This document shows positions 15,041-26,561 of a stretch of 63,883 bases of DNA, piece after piece. The notes beneath the pieces are model-generated. The model had not been told where the DNA came from, searched no databases, and saw only the letters and a program-made list of their open reading frames with translations. Made by a program: the position numbers and the translations under genes. The DNA comes from Octopus bimaculoides (taxonomy: Eukaryota): assembly GCF_001194135.2 (NCBI RefSeq), contig NC_068990.1:31118476-31182358 (forward strand), in the 5' to 3' direction. Positions within the stretch are counted from its first letter, which is position 1, and each line of letters starts with the position of its first letter.

Positions 15041-15250
15041 GTTTCAAATTTTGGCACAATGCCAGCATTTTTAGGTGGAACAGTGTTAGTTGATTATATC
15101 AACCCCAATACTTGACTGGTACTTTATTTTACCCACCTTGAAAGAATGAAAGGCAAAGTTTGTCTTGGCAGGATTTCGACTCAACTCAGAACATAAAGAG
15201 CTAGAAGAAATGTCACTAAGTATTTTGTCCAGCATGCTAACAATTCTGTC
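15041..15250 (-). mobile_element. SINE family A
   Basis: Contains TACTTTATTTT...GAAAGGCAAAGT...GGATTTCGACTC, the reverse complement of the family A body. Confidence 0.75.
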
Positions 15251-15350
15251 AGTAATTGTTACTTGCATAAGTTGAAGGCTTCAAAATTGGAATAGGAAGT
15301 TGGTTGATACCATTGACTTCAATAATTGATTGTTACTTATTTTTTGATCA

Positions 15351-15503
15351 TTGGCGTTAGGAAGGGCATCCAGCTGTAGAAACTCTGCCAAATTAGATTG
15401 GAGCCTGGTGTTGCCATCCGGTTTCACCAGTCCTCAGTCAAATCGTCCAACCCATGCTAGCATGGAAAGCGGACGTTAAACGATGATGATGATGATGATG
15501 ATG
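15351..15503 (+). mobile_element. Family E retroposon tail (RTE-type 3' end, (GAT)n tail)
   Basis: TTGGCGTTAGGAAGGGCATCCAGCTGTAGAAAC...GGACGTTAAAC(GAT)n. Confidence 0.85.
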
Positions 15504-16090
15504 AGAGTGTATTAATAACTGGATCACTTGTACAAATGGTTCAACATCTTTAGGTACTATTTAAAAAATATACCATAGGTAAAAAGTTTTTCATTCTTTA
15601 ACAGTTTATCTATTCTTTAATTATTTTGGACGAAAACAGATATATATGCTTAAGATAGATAATCATTTATTTGAAAATAATAAGAAAAAAGAATTATTTG
15701 TATACCAGGCCGAAGAAATATTATGGGGGAGACGAGAAAGTAGTTGAAACAGCAAAAATAGGAAGCACAAAATGAAATAGATATAGATTATATTCGTTAC
15801 CTATCTCTTGTAAAATCAGTTAGTAATCAGCACAATGAGTCAAGAGCAGAAAAAATATTGGGAAGAATCAATGCATAAACCGTCAAAATTTAACTTGCCA
15901 TTATTTCTACTACATTTTATCATCATATAAAATATATCAGTTACTGAGCAATATAAATAAATAAAAAATTTTGTTGGCTACATATGGGTTATATTCCTCT
16001 AAATTATATGTTACCACAAACATGGATGGGGAGACTATTCAGAAACATAACTTCATACATTTCAGTGTAAAATGATAAAGCTGAAAGAAA

Positions 16091-16354
16091 TCATCATCAT
16101 CATCGTCGTTTAACACCCGTTTTCCATGCTGGCATGGGTTGGATGGTTCAACTGGGGTCTGGGAAGCCAGGAGGCTGCACCAGGCTTCAGTCTGATCTGG
16201 CAGTGTTTCTACAGCTGGATGCCCTTCCTAACACCAACCACTCCTAGAGTGTAGTGGGTGCTTTTTTATGTGTCACCGGCACAGGGGCCAGACGGGCTGG
16301 TATCGACCACAATCAGATGGTGCTTTTTACGTGCCACCAGCACAGGAGCCAGTC
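16091..16354 (-). mobile_element. Family E retroposon
   Basis: (CAT)n CGTTTAAC...GGATGCCCTTCCTAAC...TTTTACGTGCCACC. Confidence 0.85.
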
Positions 16355-16463
16355 ATATATTACAATCAGTTCTTGAAAGAAAACCAATGTTAAAGGTACA
16401 ATTTGTGTTCTAGAATAAAATCTTTCAATTCTTAGAAACAGCAAAAAGATTTAAAAGGAAAAA

Positions 16464-17228
16464 CGGATCTATTTGGTTTGGTTGCCAGCATTTCAAAAAT
16501 TAAAGTTTATTGAAAATTTTAAAATTTGGCACATTAATATACTTTTCCAAGCTGAATTGCTGGAGTTATTTCTCTTTTTCGAGAAAAATGTTTTTAAAAA
16601 GTTAGAGGTTCAAATTTGATCATTTTCACCCAGTCAGGAAACAGGATTTGGAAGCTGTCAATTTGCACATGATTGCATATTTTGTCAACATCCTGAAAAT
16701 AGCATGTGTTGTCAAGAAAGAGTAAACAACATTTAGCTGTTATTTTTAGCACGACCACCTCAATGACAAATAAAAACAAGTAAAGAACACATATTTTGTA
16801 GTTTTAAGCATTCAATGTGATAGCACGAACTTAAAAGATTTATTTAAAAACAAAATAGCACTTTACAAATTAAATATTTTTAGAAAATAAACATTTTGAT
16901 GACCAGTTCATAAATTCACATGCTCAATTGTCAACAGATAGGTAAAACAAGTGATTTCAATATATTTGTCAACATGCTTTCTTGCAGACAAAAGCGTCCT
17001 CAGGTTCTGCTTGTTACTATGGAAACAAGCATGAATGTGTCTGTAGCTTACGATTGGCTAAAATTACCCAAAATTTTCAAACTTTAATTGCTAGTAACTC
17101 TTTATTTATTGATTTATAGTGAAAATGAATTTTTATGTCATTCATTAGCTTATAAAAGTGTATCATTACACTGAATATGAAACCAATTTGAACAGAATTG
17201 ATACTGGCAGCCAAACTGAATAGATCCG
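16464..17228. mobile_element. Non-autonomous DNA transposon-like element with 25-bp imperfect TIRs
   Basis: CGGATCTATTTGGTTTGGTTGCCAG (16464-16488) matches the reverse complement of 17204-17228, CGGATCTATTCAGTTTGGCTGCCAG, at 22/25. TTAA occurs near both outer ends. Confidence 0.55.
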
Positions 17229-17446
17229 GAAAAACATTTAAATTTTCATTCTACTAATAGAGTATTTAGTACCATGTTCTGTTATGGCTTTCTTTACACA
17301 GATGTTTAAATGAATCAATTAAATAAATAAAAAGTTTGTTCAGGTAAATGTTTAAATCAATAGTTTATCTATACAGAAACATATAAAAATCTTTACTATT
17401 CAATCTTTACTTCTCTACATCTTACATTGTTTCTCTCATATTTCAG

Positions 17447-17826
17447 AATATCAGATGAAATTGGCTGTAAGGAATATTTTATCCCAGATCATCAATATTT
17501 ACTATCTTTAAAAGATCAGAGGAAGAATTTCTATGACATATTTCTTCTGAGTCAGGTTATCAGCAATGTTTGTCTACATAGCTGTCTTGAATGATGAATA
17601 TGTATTTTAATTAAACTTGGACATATTTACAAAGGATTTTTCAACTGTCAACAGTTATCAACAACGATCACATGTTGATAGAAATATAGCAGCTGATATA
17701 TTTGACAGGAATAAACTATAAAAACAAAATCAAGAAATATATCCATATATTCAGGTCTATAAAGAAAGAACATACAATGAAATATGTGTAAACCTTAAAG
17801 ATTTGATTTGATTTTTGCTTGAAGAA
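17447..17826 (+). other. 5' leader of ZNF-2 coding exon with splice acceptor at 17446/17447
   Basis: ttctctcatatttcag|AATATCAGATGA. There is an in-frame TGA at 17809-17811, upstream of the ATG. Confidence 0.75.
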
Positions 17827-19104
17827 ATGCCAAAAGAGTTAAAAGAATCATTATACCCCTGTGATATTTGTGGTAAATTTTTCTCTCATAAAGGTAATCT
17901 CAGTAAACACAAACGTATTCATACAGGGGAGAAGCCATATCAATGTGACGTCTGTGGTAAATCATTCCCTCAAAATGATCACTTAACTACTCACAGACGT
18001 ATTCATACAGGAGAAAAACCATATCATTGTGATATCTGTGGTAAAGCATTCTCTGCAAGAAGTAGTTTAATTAGTCACAAACACATTCATACAGGAGAGC
18101 ACCCATATCACTGTGATATCTGTGGTAAAACATTTTCTTCAAGTAGTAACTCAACTATACACAAGCGCATTCATACAGGAGAGAAGCCATACCACTGTGA
18201 TATCTGTGATAAATCATTCACTCGAAATGATCACCTAATTAAGCACAAACGTGTTCATACAGGAGAGAAACCTTATCAATGTGATATTTGTGGTAAATCA
18301 TTTTCTCATAGAAATTCCTTAGCTACTCACAAACACGTTCATACAGGTGAGAAGCCATATCACTGTGATATGTGCGGTAAATCATTCTCTCATATAAATA
18401 CCTTAACTCTCCACAAGCGTACTCATACAGGAGAGAAACCATATCACTGTGATATCTGCGGTAAATTATTCTCTGGTAGAAGTCAATTAACTACTCACAA
18501 ACGTACGCATACAGGAGATAAGCCATATCACTGTGATATTTGTGGTAAATTATTCTCTAGAAGTGGTGACTTAACTAAACACAAACGTATTCACACAGGA
18601 GAAAAGCCATATCATTGTGATATTTGTGGTAAATCATTCTCTGAAAGTAGTTATTCAACTACACACAAGCGTATTCATACAGGAGAAAAACCATACCACT
18701 GTGATATTTGTGGTAAATCATTCTCAGTAAATGGTGACTTAATTAGACACAAGCGCACTCACACTGGAGAGAAACCATATCCCTGTGATATTTGTGGTAA
18801 ATCATTCTCTGTAAATGGTGACTTAACCAGACACAAACGAATTCATACAGGAGAGAAACCATATAGCTGTGATATCTGTGGTAAATCATTCTCTTTAAAT
18901 GGTGGTTTAACTAAACACAAACGCATTCATACAGGAGAGAAACCATATCACTGTGATATTTGTGGCAAATCTTTTGCTGAACGCAGTTATTCAATTACAC
19001 ACATGCGCATTCATACTGGGGAGAAACCATATGGTTGTGATATCTGTGGTAAATCATTCTCTCGAAGAATCCGTTTAAATAGACATCTATGTTTCATACC
19101 ATAG
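17827..19104 (+). CDS. C2H2 zinc-finger protein ZNF-2 (425 aa; 14 complete fingers + degenerate 15th)
   Basis: Uninterrupted ORF of TGEKPY-linked fingers. The first ATG is at 17827 ([10 protein letters not shown]; the ORF track start at 17815 is TTG). Confidence 0.95.
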   Translation: MPKELKESLYPCDICGKFFSHKGNLSKHKRIHTGEKPYQCDVCGKSFPQNDHLTTHRRIHTGEKPYHCDICGKAFSARSSLISHKHIHTGEHPYHCDICGKTFSSSSNSTIHKRIHTGEKPYHCDICDKSFTRNDHLIKHKRVHTGEKPYQCDICGKSFSHRNSLATHKHVHTGEKPYHCDMCGKSFSHINTLTLHKRTHTGEKPYHCDICGKLFSGRSQLTTHKRTHTGDKPYHCDICGKLFSRSGDLTKHKRIHTGEKPYHCDICGKSFSESSYSTTHKRIHTGEKPYHCDICGKSFSVNGDLIRHKRTHTGEKPYPCDICGKSFSVNGDLTRHKRIHTGEKPYSCDICGKSFSLNGGLTKHKRIHTGEKPYHCDICGKSFAERSYSITHMRIHTGEKPYGCDICGKSFSRRIRLNRHLCFIP

Positions 19105-20179
19105 AGTAACTGCGAATGTTGTAATTATTTCTATCAAAGAAAAATATGTCTGATAACCACTTCTTAAAACTATGTTCTATATAACCACATCTGTGTCAAT
19201 ATTAGTGTGATATGTTTAATAGAAACATTCTTTCAAAATACATATGAATATACCTTTGGACATATTTTCAGAAGAGAGAAAAGATACTCTTTATTTATTT
19301 GGCATTGTAGGTATATTGATACTCTTCTGTGTGGAAATATAATAATTTTTTCTGACAATTATTTTTGTCAAAAGAATTAATGAATGAAACAGATGGTGTC
19401 TACTCCACACATGTAGAAATATCTCTGCTTTATTCTACATGATAAAATAGGAACATTTTACAGTGTATGATATTTGCACTCTAATGCACTGTAACCACTA
19501 ACCATGAGTATACTCACTCATGAACACACTATAACCACTAACAACAGATACATGCACACTATCATTATAATCACGGGTATACTCACACACACCAATACAC
19601 TATAACCACTGTTATGCACACACACACCAACACTGTAAACAGTACTCATAACATGCATGCACAGATGACACTATAGGACAACTAAAATGGATGAGGAGGA
19701 ATAACCATCTCAAAATCAAAATTGTGCTCCTCAGAGGAGAAGAAAGAACTGAAATCCAGCATTTTTCAAAAATCATTTAATCAATAAAATCACACATTTG
19801 TGGTGCCATATATATTCTAGTGATATAAAAATGAGTCATTGTTGAGGTTGGAATATAGAAGACATACAAAGAACAGATTGTTGTTTTGGTAAAAATAATA
19901 CAGACATTAGAATGAACTAAAACAGCTTTATCCTAAGACTTGAGGTTATCTACTCCGGTCAAGTCAAAAGTTGTTAACAAGTGCCTTTGGGTGCAGTACA
20001 AGCAACAGTAGGTGGATAGGGCACAAAATGCTCTAATTCTACCCAGCCAGTAATTTTCACTATGTGTGAACTAGAATCTGAAACATTTCCCATGTTTTAT
20101 TTTATTCAACTTTTATGTATTTATTCTTTGTAAATATCTGTGCTGTACAAATTTCTTATTTGTCTCTTTATCTACTGCA

Positions 20180-20945
20180 TAACATCTTTCACCCCTGTTT
20201 TCCATGGTGGCTTGGGTTCGATGGTTTGTCTAGAGCTGGGAAACTGCACCAGGTTCCATTCTGATTTGGCTTGGTTTCTATGGCTGGATACCTTTCTGGG
20301 TGCTTCTAATGTGCCACCAGCACAAGCACTTTTCTATGGTACCAGCATGAGTGCTTTTTACATGGCACCAGCACAGGTGCTTTTTCCATGGCACCAAATG
20401 AATAATTGAGGGCAGAAAAGATTGTGTAATTTTTTTCACTGTTGGGGAAAAAGTAATAAATAAATTTTTAAAATGTAAACTAATTTGACATGAGATATTT
20501 CTGTTTACTTTTGATTTCTATGCATTTGTTATATATGTACGTGTGTATCATCATTGTCATCATTCAACGCCTGCTTTCCATACTGACATAGGTTGGACGG
20601 TTGGTATGTTTGAAAATTGATTTTTCTCAATTTTCAAATACAAGGGGGATGGGATTTTCAAATAATGGTATGTCATTATAACCTATGACTTAATTTATTT
20701 GTGTATACATAACAATAAAATTTAAACACTTTCCAACTACATATATGCATGTATATATATATGTATGTGTGTATATATTATATATATATACACACACACA
20801 CTCCAGTCTGATTTGGCATGGTTTTTTTACATCTGGATGCCCTTCCTGATGCCAACCACTCTGAGGGTGCAATGGGTGCTTTTATGTACCACTTGCACAT
20901 TTCATTTATGTGACACCAGGGTATATTTACATGCCACCGGCAAAG
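20180..20945 (-). mobile_element. Two decayed family E copies (~20180-20395 and ~20805-20945)
   Basis: CTGATTTGGC..GGTTT..A.A.CTGGAT(G)CCCTTCC..ATGCCAACCAC similarity in the second copy; the first copy is more degenerate. Confidence 0.6.
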
Positions 20946-21484
20946 GTGCTAATTTGTGTGACATTTTGGGCAAGTTGCTTGACATGATGTGGCCTGATCC
21001 TGGTTACTGCACCTACACGATTTGGAATCTAGGCCCTTGTTTCATGTGTTTATTAGTTCCCTTTAAAATATTGATTTTAATATATTTTTTCTTTCCAATT
21101 CCATGTTCAGTTTACAAACTACTAGGAAGGAGAATCACAAGAAAAACTAATTTATAAAAATGCAATCCTTTGATTAATGCACTTTCAAAAATTTTATCTG
21201 AAGTTAAAAATTTAAAGACTACACTGTGTATTGAAATCATCGCTTACATTTCTAATAAGGTATGAAGATAAGCTGTGTTGTTATTTAAACAGTACAACTG
21301 TGTTATAGAAAACACAATAGAGTGAAAGCGTATTGGTGCTGTCTTAGTGTTTGGATAAAGGTCAGGATGTTCATTATGCCAATGCCTCCGATTGATGGTC
21401 AACCCGATTAATTGCTGACCTGGGGTTAAATATTAACCACACATGAGCTTGCCATATAGCACATGTGGAATTCCATTACCATCT

Positions 21485-21896
21485 AGGCACAGGCATGGCT
21501 GTGTGGTAAGAAGCTTGCTTCCCAACCGCATGATTCCGGGTTCAGTACCACTGCATGGCTCTTTGGGCAAGTGTCTTCTACTATAGCCTCTGGCTGACTA
21601 AAGCCTTGTGAGTGGATTTTGTTGACGGAAACTGAAAGAAGCCCATTGTATATATAAATATGTATGTGAATGTGTGTGTGTGTGTGTATATGCCTTAGTG
21701 TTTGTGTTCGTTCTCCCACCACTGCCTGACAACCGGTGCTAGTTTAAGTCCCCATAACTGAGAAGTTCGGCAAAAAGACCCCGATAAAATAAGTACCAGG
21801 CTTATAAAAAGTACTGGGGTCGAATTGTTTGACTAAAAATCCATCAAGGTGGTGCTCCAGCATAGCTGCAGTCTAATGACTGAAACAAGTAAAAGA
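21485..21896 (+). mobile_element. tRNA-derived SINE family B (with internal TA/TG microsatellite)
   Basis: Head GGCTGTGTGGTAAG...GGTTCAGTACCACTG, core GGGCAAGTGTCTTCTACTATAGCC, tail TGACTGAAACAAGTAAAAG. Confidence 0.9.
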
Positions 21897-21944
21897 TCTA
21901 TTTTAAAATTTTAATGCGGTTTGTTTTTCATCCTTCTGGGGTGA

Positions 21945-22462
21945 ATAAAATAAAGTACCAGTCAAACAGGGGTTTCAAATTTTTGTCACAAGGATAGCAT
22001 GTTTAGGGCAGGAGATAAATCGATTTCATCAACTCCGAAAGGTAAAGCTAACTTTGGTGGAATTTGAACTCATAATGTAAAGACGGACGAAATGCCGTTA
22101 AGTATTCCTGTCTGGTGTGCTAATGATTCTGCCAGCTCACTGCCTTAGTGCCAGTCAAATATTGATTTCAAATTTTGGAACAAGGCCAGAAAATTTGGGG
22201 AAGGGAATAAGTCGATTACATCGACTCTAGTGTACAATTGATACTTATTTTATCAACCCCGAAAGGATGAAAGGCGAAGTCGGAATTTGAACTCAGAACG
22301 TGAAGACGGAAAATTCACACGATCAGCCCTACATAACCCGGGCACTAGATAGAGTAAGTCGATTACATCGACCTCAGTGTTTAACTGGTACTTATTTTAT
22401 CAACTTCAAAAGGACGACCTCGGCAGAATTTGAACTCAGAACGTAAAGACGAACAAAATACC
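21945..22462 (-). mobile_element. Stack of three or more partial family A SINEs
   Basis: Repeated GTCGATTACATCGAC...TACTTATTTTATC...GGAATTTGAACTCAGAACG blocks. Confidence 0.8.
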
Positions 22463-22473
22463 ACTAAACAGCA

Positions 22474-22846
22474 CTCCGTCGCTTACGACGACGAGGGTCC
22501 CAGTTGATCCGATCAACGGAACAGCCTGCTCGTGAAATTAACATGCAAGTGGCTGAGCACTCCACAGACACGTGTACCCTTAACGTAGTCCTCGGGAATA
22601 TTCAGCGTGACAGGATGATAAGGCTGACCCTTTGAATTACAGGCACAACAGAAACAGGAAGTAAGAGTGAGAGAAAGTTGTGGTGGAAGAGTACAGCAAG
22701 GTTCGCCACCATCCCCTGCCGGAGCCTCGTGGAGCTTTAGGTGTTTTTGCTCAATAAACACTCACAACGCCCGATCTGGGAATCGAAACAGCGATCCTAT
22801 GACCGCGAGTCCGCTGCCTTAATCACTGGGCCATTGCGCCTCCACT
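22474..22846 (-). mobile_element. tRNA-derived SINE family D, near-intact, with 11-bp TSD
   Basis: Head (minus) GTGGAGGCGCAATGGCCCAGTGATTAAGGCAGCGGACTC...TTCGATTCCC. ACTAAACAGCA is repeated at 22463-22473 and 22850-22860. CpGs are retained. Confidence 0.9.
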
Positions 22847-22878
22847 ATTACTAAACAGCAATTTAATACTAATCTATC

Positions 22879-22978
22879 TGCGCATGCGCTGTAGTAATTT
22901 CCGCTTCCATTTGAGCGCATTGTTTCTCAGCAGAAACACAAGTGACAAGATTGTCCTTAGCGAAATATTTCCGTAAGT
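22879..22978 (+). promoter_or_regulatory. Candidate core promoter and non-coding exon 1 of ZNF-3
   Basis: NRF1-type palindrome TGCGCATGCGC (22879-22889), tandem ETS-like TTCCGCTTCC (22899-22908), strong donor GTAAGT (22973-22978) and YY1 motif CGCCATTTT (23073-23081). Confidence 0.6.
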
Positions 22979-23640
22979 ATTAATGACTAAATTGCAAATC
23001 CTTCGATTATTGTGAATATAAGGGCAACAACAGAAGTGAGAGAAAATTGCATTGGTTCAATTCGCTTATAATCGCCATTTTTCAACAATAGCAGAAATCA
23101 TAAAAATGGATGGTATTCAAATTTCTTTTCCTATTATTAAACTGATATATATATAAGTGTAGAGGATATGAATGCACTACTCACCAATAATATTAGTGTC
23201 CTTTTTAACTATATTCCACTTTGACCCTCCCAAAACACAACAAGAATTAAAAGATTGTTTCTAGGAGATCATAGATAGTTTACGATTTATGTGTTTATTG
23301 CCAACCAATGCCAAATTGTGACCATTAAAAGTGAATGTTTTGTTATACCGGTTAAATTTCATAGATAAACATGCAATCTTTCGAAACATCGCTGGTAAAC
23401 AAATATTCGGACGTAATTGCCATATTTCGACAGAGGAAATCATTAAGGCATTCTTTCGTTTTGATTCGACATCATTAATTTGATATACAATTTTGGGGCG
23501 GAGGTAAAGGAACATGGACCGCACCCCCTTTCGGTTTTGTTTTTCTATTTCTACAGAAACCCACTTTTTTGACTGCGAAATTTACGAATCTGCAAAAAAA
23601 ATCGGCATTTTAAAATTTTAACCCTACCCCCAATTTCTCT

Positions 23641-23865
23641 ATATGCATGTGTGTGTATATGTTTCTGTGTTTGTCCCCCCCAACATCGCTTGACAACCGA
23701 TGCTGGTGTGTTTACGTCCCTGTAAATTAGCGGTTCGGCAAAAGAGACCGATAGAATAAGTACTAGGCTTACAAAGAATAAGTCCTGGGGTCGATTTGCT
23801 CGACTAAATGCAGCGCTCCAGCATGGCCACAGTCAAATGACTGAAACAAGTAAAAGAGTAAAAAG
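23641..23865 (+). mobile_element. SINE family B, 3' half
   Basis: GCTTGACAACCGATGCTGG...GGTTCGGCAAAAGAGACCGATAGAATAAGTAC...TGACTGAAACAAGTAAAAGAG. Confidence 0.88.
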
Positions 23866-24080
23866 TATTAAATATTTTCGATCTTTAAATACTGTTTCAA
23901 GAAACACTTGATCACCAGTAAAATTCACAGAAAATAGAACATCATAAATATAGTTCTAAGTACGGTGTGTATGAAAAAAAATGTGATGGATATGTCTGAA
24001 ATCCCTTTAGTCATGCTGCCTGGTAAACCAGAATTAACCTGGTGCTGTACAACAACAAATATGAAGACACTTGAATTTTC

Positions 24081-24212
24081 GGCACTGTCATGCTATTAGC
24101 TGTCAGAAGTGAAAGTGCTCACTGCTAGTGAAGTATCTGTCTGTCTGCCTGCATGCCTGTTGATTCTTTGGCTACTGACAGCTAATACCATGACTGGCCG
24201 GAGCGAGCTATA

Positions 24213-24243
<31 letters not shown>

Positions 24244-24624
24244 ATCTATCTATCACTCGAAAGTTATTGGAACAAATTTGACTCCTATATCCATGCGTTT
24301 GAAAACACACAGAGTATAAGGGTACTACTAAAGCAGAGTGGTCCCGAATTTTCAACAGAGAGAATTTATCAAAATAGAAAACAAATGAAGTTTGAAGTTT
24401 ACTCTGTGTGTTTTCAAACGCATGGATATAGGTGTCAAATTTGTTCCAATAACGTTCGAGTAATAGATAGAGAGAGAGACAGACATATAGCTCGCTCCTG
24501 CCAGTCATGGTATTAGCTGTCAGTAGCCAAAGAATCAACAGGCCAGCAACAGGCAGGCAGACAGACAGATACTTCACTAGCAGTGAGCACTTTCACTTCT
24601 GACAGCTTATAGCATGACAGTGCC
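24081..24624. mobile_element. Foldback/MITE-like DNA transposon, 544 bp, ~230-bp inverted arms, 8-bp TSD
   Basis: Arms are 24081-24316 and 24400-24624 with termini GGCACTGTC...GACAGTGCC. The perfect direct repeat GAATTTTC lies at 24073-24080 and 24625-24632. Confidence 0.9.
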
Positions 24625-26179
24625 GAATTTTCTTTAAATCATGTAAGTTATTTGTTAGATAAACTTTAACATTACATTTTTGAATAAAAGGGAAAATACA
24701 AACACAAAGAATACATTGAAAGCATAAATGATCATCATCACTATTTAACGCCCATTTTCCATGCTAGCATGTGTTTGATGAACGGTTTGACAGCTGTTGG
24801 CTAGCCAGAGGACTGCACCAAGCTCTACTGTCTGCTTTGGTATGGTTTTTACAGTTGGATGCCTTTCCTACTGCCAACCACTTTACAGAGTGTACTTGGT
24901 GCTTTAACACAGCATCTGCACTATCAAGTTCACCTAGTAACTAGTGACACAGGACTTGTTAATTGGGGTGTGGGAAATATAATTAAGGGAAGTGCTTTGT
25001 GTCAGGTGATGAGAGGATAAGTATAATAGAGGGACAGAAAACAGGTGGATTCTTATAGAAGAAATACATGGCTACCCCAGTTGGAAGAAAGAAAGAAAAA
25101 TGGTGAAGATGTGAGGATGAGCCCTCAAGTATAAAGCAGGGGTTTCCAAAGTGGTCGATATCGAACCTTGGGGGTTGATGGGACTATTCAAGGGATTGAT
25201 AAATGCACATCTACTTATTATTATCATTTATTTTATTTTACATGCCTGGGGGTCAAAGATTCCATGAAAGTGTCAATGGTCTAAAATGTTTGGGGACTCC
25301 TGGTATAGGGTATTAGGTAAGGTGAGTGAGCAGGTAAGTTCATGGGAGTGCTGAAGGGGTGGGGAAGAGTTAAGAAGATAAGTTGTGTGGGGGCATTGTC
25401 ACAAACAGCAGAAACTCAATGTATAACTGTCATAGTGAGTTATATATGTGTGTTCCATTTATTTGTATATGTCTGAGAGTATAAATATTTGTATGTGAGT
25501 ATATTTATATATGAAATTGAATATATGTATATCATCGTCATCATCTAGCATGTTTTCTTTGCTACCATGGGTAAGATAGTTTAACTGGAGCTGGTTAAGT
25601 GGAGAGCTACACTAGGCTCCAGTCTATTTTGGATTGGTTTCTGTGGCTGGATGCCCTTCCTAATGCCAACCACTCCACAGTTTCAATTAGCTTGATGTGT
25701 CTTCTCAAGCACAACTAATCTTGGTCACTTGTCATCACCTCCATGAGACTCAACATCTGAAGATCATATTTCACCACTTTGTTCCATGTCTTCCAGGTTT
25801 AACTCTTCCACAGGGAACCTGTGGAAAAGGTATATGTATACACACACACATGGGTGAGAATAACCAATGAAAGTAGCACTCAGCACATTTGGAAGGAGTT
25901 GCATGTATTTAATAACACTTAACAATAAAGGATGTTTCTGGAGAGAGAAGAATGTTACTGGTTATCTTATACTTTAATATATATAAATAATGTTAATTAA
26001 TATGAAGGTGCTGTATTCTGTAAATATGTTGACTTCACACAAGGTTGTATAATGTGATTTGACTATCAAATAACTGTTTATATTTACAGTTTATTAATAC
26101 TGAAATCTAAAATTTCTCCGGTTGTACTCTAAATGCAGAAAACTTTTCTATATCTTATGCTATTTTTCTATTATTTCAG

Positions 26180-26561
26180 AATATCAGATGACACTGGTAT
26201 TGAAGAATTTCTTCCCATCAGATGTCTTTTAAAAATAAAGGAAGATATTATACAGAATGGATATAAGTGACATTAATAATAAGATTATTCTGCTTCACTG
26301 TCTGATATGTCTATAAGATGATCTTGCCTTCTAGCTAAACTTGGATTAATAAAGAATTTGCATCATCTTCAGATCTTGAGATATATATATATATATCACA
26401 GTTTATGGAAATATAGCAAAAATATTTGTTTGGAATAAAATATAAAGAACAATAGAAGGAAAATATGCATATAATGTTGAGAGAAGGAAAATTATAATTA
26501 ATTTTGTGAAAACAAGGTTGAGTGTAAAATACAGTCTAAAAAACTTGGTTTGCTTGATGAG
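26180..26561 (+). other. 5' leader of ZNF-3 coding exon with splice acceptor at 26179/26180
   Basis: tttttctattatttcag|AATATCAGATGA, homologous to the ZNF-1 and ZNF-2 leaders. Confidence 0.75.

Noticed and set aside
17447-17826. N-terminal KRAB/BTB/ZAD-like effector domain
   Set aside because: In-frame stops lie shortly upstream of the ATG (TGA at 17809 for ZNF-2, TAA at 26499 for ZNF-3), and no such motif is recognisable.
17827-19104. Recent gene conversion homogenising ZNF-1 and ZNF-2
   Set aside because: Many synonymous differences persist in the shared fingers. Sites where one gene matches ZNF-3 are explained by retained ancestral states.
22474-22846. tRNA genes (A/B-box sequences here and in other SINE heads)
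   Set aside because: There is no complete cloverleaf; the heads continue into multi-copy SINE bodies with TSDs.
24109-24577. Two opposite-strand ORFs encoding nearly identical peptides
   Set aside because: They are a consequence of the palindromic foldback element, not genes.
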